A stretch of 64,000 nucleotides of DNA from the human T2T-CHM13v2.0 reference genome, Homo sapiens. Shown one piece after another: positions 52,651-64,000 of this stretch. The stretch lies in NCBI RefSeq assembly GCF_009914755.1, contig NC_060936.1; one strand, 5' to 3'. A model generated the notes under the pieces. That model searched no databases and was not told where the DNA came from. It worked only from the letters and a program-made list of their open reading frames with translations. How positions within the stretch are numbered: position 1 is the stretch's first letter; every line of letters starts with the position of its first letter. The position numbers and the translations under genes were made by a program.

Positions 52651-53299
52651 TCCACTTTATGGTGTCATCTCTGTCATGTCTCATACCCACAGTATGCCAT
52701 CATGCCCATCATGCACAGATGCATGATTAAAATAAAAGCTCTTTGATATCCAACTTCAAGTTCATTTAACTGTCTTCTAACACATTCGTTTAATCAGCTA
52801 TGGTAGCAATCTTATTTAAGTAAGGTTAGTAGATTCATGTTGATAATGAACTTGATAAATGAGTTGGTAAAAGGATACTGTTGCAACTGAAGACATTTTT
52901 GAAGTGGTTATTTGTATGTTTTAATGGATAAAAAGTAATTGTTACTATAGGATCCTTTTTGGGGCCTCAGTGCTCAGGGCAGATGGAATCCTGTCAATCA
53001 AACTTTCAGATAATAACAATTTAGCCACCAGAGATAAAGGAGCAATGCCCATATTGATATGTAGTAGTTTATAGGGCCACTGAACAGAAGCTATTATGGC
53101 TGCTTGTAGGACCACCGAGTGGGAAAGCCTGCCATGTTGCTGTTATGGCAGATATGATTATCTGGAGGCTGTCTGCAAGGAGAATCCACCTGTAAGTAAT
53201 TCAGAAGCTATCATATTCTGTCAAGGAAAAAAAAATGTGGCTGGAGTCATTTGGGCCTCTTGAACAAAGAGGTCAGAACATGGTCACCCATTTTCAATT

Positions 53300-54260
53300 T
53301 CTTAGCATAGACTGTAATAAAGTCCACATGATTAGAAAAAGATGATGTAGCAAAATTAAGTCAGACAGAAGAGGCTTCAAGAAAAAGAGTATTAGAGATG
53401 AAGAGGGTTTCTACATAACAATAAAGTTTCGATTCACCAGGGAGATATAAAAACTTAAACTGATATACACTAATATCATTTTAAAATACATAAAACAAAA
53501 GTTGACAGAACTGTAAAGAGACAACCATGCCAGACATATCTGGTAGGTGAGTGGGAGATTTTAATCTAGTTTTCTCAGTAATTAATACAGCAGTTAAAAA
53601 ATCAAAAAGGATATAGAAAATTTTAATAACACTAATTGTGTTATTGGTCCAACAGACATTCACAGATCACTGCACCAGCAGTCTTAGGAAATTTTGGAAC
53701 ATACTTTATGTAATTTATGGATTAAAGCAAAAATTATAGTGAAAAACAAAATACTGAGCAATAATGAATATACAACAAATAATTTATAAGATGCATCAAA
53801 ACAACGCTTTGAAGAAAATGGACAGCCATGAATGTATATATTAAAAAAAGAAGAAAGGCTAAAAATTAAAGAACTAAGCATGCAACTTAAGACATTAGAA
53901 AAATAGTAGCAAAACAAATTTCTTCAACAAGGAGGAAGATTATAATAAAGATAGCATATATTAATGAAAAAGTAAATAAAGATACCACAGAAAGACTCAA
54001 GAAAGATAACTGTTGTATTTTTGAAAAGATTAATAAAATTAACAGTCTTCCTCTGGGAAGAACAATCAAAAAAGGAGAGAAGGCACAAATAGAAGTTGCT
54101 TGGGTGAACAAAACAGCATAACCATAGGTGATGTGGAAATTAAAAAAGAAAGTTTAAGAACATAATGAACAACATTTTGCCTATAGATTTTTTTTAGCCA
54201 AAATGGATCCTTTTTTGTTTGCTTGTTTCTTGTTTTTGTTTTGGAGAAAAATAATTTGTT
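53300..54260 (+). mobile_element. Ancient L1M ORF2 (EN and downstream) remnant
   Basis: A-rich degenerate L1 sense sequence (AAATACATAAAACAAAAGTTGACAGAACTG; TTTGAAAAGATTAATAAAATT). Confidence 0.7.
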
Positions 54261-54361
54261 GACTCATGTAACTGGATGTACAAGAATGGACTTAAGACAC
54301 AGCTGAATTCAGGGACTTATGTCATTATATCTGCTCCTTTCTCCTTCTCTTGACTCCACTT

Positions 54362-55045
<684 letters not shown>

Positions 55046-55267
55046 TTTTTTTTTTTTTTTTTATACTTTAAGTTTTAGGGTACATGTGCACATTGTGCAG
55101 GTTAGTTACATATGTATACATGTACCATGCTGGTGCACTGCACCCACTAACTCATCATCTAGCATTAGGTATATCTCCCAATGCTATCCCTCCCCCCTCC
55201 CCCCCACCCCACAACAGTCCCCAGAGTGTAATATTCCCCTTCACATGTGTCCATGTGATCTCATTGT

Positions 55268-59129
<3,862 letters not shown>

Positions 59130-59252
59130 TTATTTTGCTCGTTAGTTGATGCAGTTTCTTCCTAGTCTCGATGGTCTTTACATTTTGGCATGATTTTGCA
59201 GCGGCTGGTACCGGTTGTTCCTTTCCATTTTTAGTGCTTCCTTCAGGAGCTC

Positions 59253-60194
59253 CTATAAGGCATGCCTGGTGGTGACAAAATCTCTCAGTATTTGCTTGTC
59301 TGTAAAGGATTTTATTTCTCCTTTACTTTTGAAGCTTAGTTTGGCTGGATATGAAATTCTGGGTTGAAAATTCTTTTCTTTAAGAATGTTGAATATTGGC
59401 CCCCCCTCTCTTCTGGCTTGTAGGGTGTCTGCCGAGAGATCCGCTGTTATTCTGATGGGCTTTCCTTTGAGGGTAACCCGACCTTTCTCTCTGGCTGCCC
59501 TTAACATTTTTTCCTTCATTTCACCTTTGGTGAATCTGACAATTATGTGTCTTGGAGTTGCTCTTCTCGAGGAGTATCTTTGTGGCGTTCTCTGTATTTC
59601 CTGAATCTGAACATTGGCCTGCCTTGCTAGATTGGGGAAGTTCTCCTGGATAATATCCTGCAGAGTGTTTTCCAACTTGGTTCCATTCTCCGCATCACTT
59701 TCAGGTACACCAATCAGACGTAGATTTGGTCTTTTCACATAGTCCCATATTTCTTGGAGGCTTTGCTCATTTCTTTTTATTCTTTTTTCTCTAAACTTCC
59801 CTTCTCGCTTCATTTCATTCATTTCATCTTCCATCACTGATACCCTTTCTTCCAGTTGATCGCATCGGCTCCTGAGGCTTCTGCATTCTTCACGTAATTC
59901 TTGAGCCTTGGTTTTCAGCTCCGTCAGCTCCTTTAAGCACTTCTCTGTATTGGTTATTCTAGTTATACATTCTTCTAAATTTTTTTCAATGTTTTCAACT
60001 TCTTTGCCTTTGGTTTGAATGTCTTCCCGTAGCTCAGAGTAATTTGATCGTCTGAAGCCTTCTTCTCTCAACTCATCAAAGTCATTCTCCATCCAGGTTT
60101 GTTCCATTGCTGGTGAGGAACTGCATTCCTTTGGAGGAGGAGAGGTGCTCTGCTTTTTGGAGTTTCCACTTTTTCTGTTCTGTTTTTTCCCCAT
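59253..60194 (-). pseudogene. L1 ORF1p, 313 aa, with a premature TAG about 25 codons before the normal end
   Basis: MGKKQNRK...REKG...YPAKLS...TTRHAL*; canonical ORF1p is 338 aa. Confidence 0.93.
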
Positions 60195-61101
60195 CTTTGT
60201 GGTTTTATCTACTTTTGTTCTTTGATGATGGTGATGTACAGATGGGTTTTTGGTGTGGATGTCCTTTCTGTTTGTTAGTTTTCCTTCTAACAGAGAGGAC
60301 CCTCAGCTGCAGGTCTGTTGGAATAACCTGCCGTGTGAGGTGTCAGTGTGCCCCTGCTAGGGGGTGCCTCCCAGTTAGGCTTCCTGGGTGTCAGGGGTCA
60401 GGGACCCACTTGAGGAGGCAGTCTGCCCGTTCTCAGATCTCCAGCTGCGTGCTGGGAGAACCACTGCTCTCTTCAAAGCTGTCAGACAGGGACATTTAAG
60501 TCTGCAGAGATTACTGCTGTCTTTTTGTTTGTCTGTGCCCTGCCCCCAGAGGTGGAGCCTACAGAGGCAGGCAGGCCTCCTTGAGCTGTGGTGGGCTCCA
60601 CCCAGTTCGAGCTTCCAGGCTGCTTTGTTTACCTAAGCAAGCCTGGGCAATGGCGGGCACCCCTCCGCCAGCCTCGCTGCTGCCTTGCAGTTTGATCTCA
60701 GACTGCTGTGCTAGCAATCAGCGAGACTCCGTGGGCGTAGGACCCTCCGAGCCATGTGCGGGATATAATCTCCTGGTGTGCCGTTTTTTAAGCCCGTCAG
60801 AAAAGCGCAGTATTTGGGTGGGAGTGACCCGATTTTCCAGGTGCCGTCTGTCACCCCTTTCTTTGACTCAGAAAGGGAGCTCGCTGACCCCTTGCGCTTC
60901 CCAAGTGAGGCAATGCCTCGCCCTGCTTTGGCTCGCACATGGTGCACGCACCCACTGACCTGCACCCACTGTCTGGCACTCCCTAATGAGATGAACCCGG
61001 TACCTCAGATGGAAATGCAGAAATCACCCGTCTTCTGCGTCGCTCACGCTGGGAGCTGTAGACCGGAGCTGTTCCTATTCGGCCATCTTGGCTCCTCCCC
61101 A
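60195..61101 (-). promoter_or_regulatory. L1 5'UTR internal sense promoter (minus direction) and antisense promoter (plus direction)
   Basis: CpG-rich L1 5'UTR with an intact YY1 site GGCCATCTTG at 61081-61090. Promoter function is established for the family but not shown for this copy. Confidence 0.8.
60650..60958 (+). CDS. ORF0: L1 antisense ORF0, open, 102 aa (C-terminally extended relative to the 71-aa L1HS ORF0)
   Basis: ATG in a strong Kozak context (GCAATGG) encodes MAGTPPPASLLPCSLISDCCASNQRDSVGVGPSEP..VGVTRFSRC, matching ORF0. Expression is unknown. Confidence 0.6.
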   Translation: MAGTPPPASLLPCSLISDCCASNQRDSVGVGPSEPCAGYNLLVCRFLSPSEKRSIWVGVTRFSRCRLSPLSLTQKGSSLTPCASQVRQCLALLWLAHGARTH

Positions 61102-61235
61102 CTAATTTTTGTATTTTCAGTAGAGATGGGGCTTCACTATGTTGGCCAGGCTGGTCTCAAGTTGCTGACCTCGTGATGTGCCCGCATTGGCCTCCTAAAG
61201 TGTTGGGATTACAGGTGTGAGCCACCGTGCCCGGC
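61102..61235 (-). mobile_element. AluSg-like left arm (continuation of 54852-55045)
   Basis: CTAATTTTTGTATTTTCAGTAGAGATGGGG...GAGCCACCGTGCCCGGC. Confidence 0.93.
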
Positions 61236-61625
61236 ATTAATTTTCTTTATTTTGAATATATTCCCAGTAGTGAAATTGCTGGATCATCACATGAAAGTTC
61301 TACTTTTAGCTTTTTTGAGAAACCTCCATACTGTTCTCCATATTGGTTGCATGAATTTACATTCCCACCAATAGTGTGTGAGGGTTCCTCTTTTTCCACA
61401 TCCTTACCAGCATCTATTCCCTGTCTTTTTGATACAAGGCATTTTAAGTAGAGTGAGGTGATATCCTGTTATGGTTTTGATTTGAATTTTCGTAACGATT
61501 AAAGGTGTTGAGTATTTTTTTCATATACTGTTGGCCATTTGTATGTCTTCTTTTGAGAAATGTTCAGATCTTTTGACCACTTTTTGATTGAATTATTTGT
61601 TTTGTTTTGCTTTTTGCTATTGAGA
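61236..61625 (-). mobile_element. L1MA-type element (right part, continuation of 54362-54850)
   Basis: CCCAGTAGTGAAATTGCTGGATCA..TTTACATTCCCACCAA..GTATGTCTTCTTTTGAGAAATG. Confidence 0.8.
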
Positions 61626-61679
61626 CAAAGGTAATTAGCTGGCACAATATGTAAGGATGGATTGTTAAAAAATTCTGTT

Positions 61680-62800
61680 TAAAAGACAAAAATGTACACT
61701 ATTACCACTTCTATTCAACTTTATATCTTGTCTAGTCTAGCAGGCCAGAAAAGAGAAATAAAAAGTATAAAAATTTGAGAAGATATAGAAAGATTAGAAC
61801 TATTTTTAAATGCTATAACTTAACTTCCAAGGGTCTGTAGACAAATTATTAGACTTAATAAGAGTTTTACAAGGTTGCTTGATATGACTATTATACAAAA
61901 ATCGAATACACTTCCATACATCAACAATGAATAGTTAAAAAACAAAATTTTAACACTTAGCATTTATAATAGTTTAGAAAATAAAAGGTACCTAGGTAAA
62001 AATCTCATCAAAGATGTGTGAAATCTTTATAGAAAAAATCATGAAACTTTATTGAAAGACATTTAAAAATGAGCAGCCATATCGTTTTCAAAGACAAGAA
62101 GACTCAATATCATTAAGAAGTAATCTATCTCCAAATTAGTCAATAGATTTAATAAAATTTCAGTAAAAAAGGAAAGGTGTTTTTGTGAATCTTGAAAAAC
62201 TTACTCTAAAATAGAAATTGAGAAGCAAAGAACCAAGAACAGCTAATATATTCCTGAAGAACATGAGGTTGGGGAACTGATTGTACTATAATATTGTAGA
62301 TGATGTGACATTGGTGCATGGGTAGACAATAGGACAATGCAACAGAATAGAGAGTCCAGAAACAGACACATCTATGTAAGGAGAGATATAATAAAAAATA
62401 TGTATTTCAGATCAGTGGTGAAAAATGAACCACTCAGTGGGAAATGCTGTCTTTATGGGAAACAGTGCATTACTACTCTTACCATACACAAAATCAGTTA
62501 AGGACCTAAATGTTAAAGATGAAAGTTTAAAACTTTTGGAAAAAAATATTGGAGAATATTTTTATTTCCTCAGGGTTGGAAAGGTTTTTAAAAACAAGAC
62601 ACAGAGAGCATGTACATAAAGGAAATGACTGATAAATTAAACTATACATTACAAATAACTTCTGTTCATTAAAAAGCACACAAATAGGATGAAAAGGTAA
62701 GACACAACTTAAGAGAAGATAATTTCAACTCTACGTAACTGGGCAAAGGTTTTTTTTGCAGTTCATACAGAGTTCCTAAAATCAATAAGAAAAATATGGC
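61680..62800 (+). mobile_element. Ancient L1M ORF2 (RT and C-terminal) remnant, probable continuation of 53300-54260
   Basis: ACCACTTCTATTCAAC, AACAGAATAGAGAGTCCAGAAACAGAC and CCATACACAAAA. Confidence 0.7.
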
Positions 62801-62829
62801 TCAAGTCATTCAATGATTTTTGAAGTGTC

Positions 62830-63017
62830 CGTGGCAGACCCCTATAGATAAATACTAGTGTAGGCCTTTAGGGTTTTGAAACAAAGCTCTGCCATCCTCT
62901 TCCAATAACCAGTCTTCTTTTGAGAAACACCTGGCTTGCTAGTGGGCCTTAGTAGAAATTAAACATTGACCATGGATCACTGAGTTACTATGTGATGTGA
63001 AGTACCCACCATGAACA
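62830..63017 (+). mobile_element. Short ERV-L pol fragment (RT tether / RNase H region)
   Basis: Degenerate RPLGF..KALPSS..FEK.LAC.ALVE..TM.H motif, the same pol segment as 3250-3420. Confidence 0.65.
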
Positions 63018-63325
63018 CTATGAGGAAGTTGCTGTGATTCTGCTGCTGTTCCCGTTATTTGTTTCCTGGTAAGCATGGTCCTGTGTTTTTTTTTTTTTTT
63101 TCTTTCCATCATGGCAGCTTAGTAGAAGCCTCAAAACCTCTTCTCTAACTTTATGAGTGTTGAGAAGCAGGATGTGGTGGCTCAGACAGTATCAGAGGAT
63201 TCCTTGAAGCCAGCAGTAGAGGTGGTGGCTACCCAGTTTCCCACTTCCTGATCATGCGGATTGTAGCTCCTTTGGTGGATCAGTTTTGTCCCATTGTTCA
63301 GGGAGTTGTTCCTGGAAGTTTAGTG

Positions 63326-63800
63326 TGTCAATTCAGGTCGGCTGAGAAGCAGATGTCAAGATGGAAATTTCTCCCAATAAATGTGAGAGATTTATGGAGG
63401 AAAATGCCTGTGAAGAATAAAGCCAGGAGGGAGCAGGAGTGGGCAGGGAGATGAGGCTCTGACATCACCCATAAAATGAGAGGGGAAGGAAGGAGGGTTG
63501 AGCAGGAAGAGACCTGGATTGCAGTGCAGCTCTGAGAAAAGTCTCGGCTAGGCTGATGGACAGTACCCAAGCACAGCCTGCTTGTCAGAGGGGTCCTGCA
63601 CTGGGCAGGAGGAGCCTGGCTCTAGAACTCCCACTGTACTAACTACTCCCTGACTTGGGGTCACCAGTTTGGAGCAGGCTGTGTAAGGCGTGGCCTCGTC
63701 TGGATGCTGGGGTAGGTGCTGAAAGTGGCAACTGCCAGCCAACTGATCTCAGGGCAGGTTCTTTCTCGAAGAGAGATCTGAGCAGCACAGTCCCAGGGTT
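63326..63800 (-). mobile_element. Old ERVL LTR (LTR16/LTR33-like)
   Basis: GAGAAGCAGATGTCAAGATGGA..GAGATTTA..GCAGGAGTGGGCAGGGAG..GATCTGAGCAGCACA resembles the reverse LTR16/33 layout. Confidence 0.55.
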
Positions 63801-64000
63801 TTCTAACTCAGCCTGGAGCCTTCTTCTTCTGTTTTTCTAATGATTTTTTGTTTTTAGAGCATCGAAATTCTGTTTCAAATCACTCACCTTAAACTAGCTT
63901 GTACAGTTTCTGTTACTGGTGGTTGAACCCTGACTACTATAACCCCTAAGCTCAGCAGAGTATCTGATGTATTGTAGAGGATCAATAATATTTCTTTTAT

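Overview
Primate, almost certainly human, intronic or intergenic genomic DNA. Human origin is inferred from a consensus-like AluYa5. The window is dominated by transposable elements, and I recognise no host protein-coding exon. All long ORFs are LINE-1. Main content: (1) two full-length minus-strand L1s, an older L1PA7-like copy at 11590-18618 carrying a younger L1 3' end nested in its tail, and a young L1PA2/3-like copy at 55046-61101 inserted into the middle of an Alu; (2) an AluYa5 with a perfect 17-bp target-site duplication (TSD); (3) other Alus, MaLR/ERVL/ERV1 LTRs, ERV-L pol remnants, DNA transposon relics (MER2, Tigger3a, MER1A, MER5A, MER58), MIR and L2. The most notable non-routine items are a 255-nt poly(A)-tailed, TSD-flanked retrocopy of an unidentified transcript 3' end (52075-52329), a ~95%-identical inverted duplication about 0.5 kb apart (39797-39888 vs 40396-40509), an open antisense ORF0 in the young L1, several fold-back or template-switch scars, and candidate micro-exons. 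I do not see evidence for a genuinely new biological system. Subfamily names come from recalled consensus sequences, and boundaries of old repeats are approximate.
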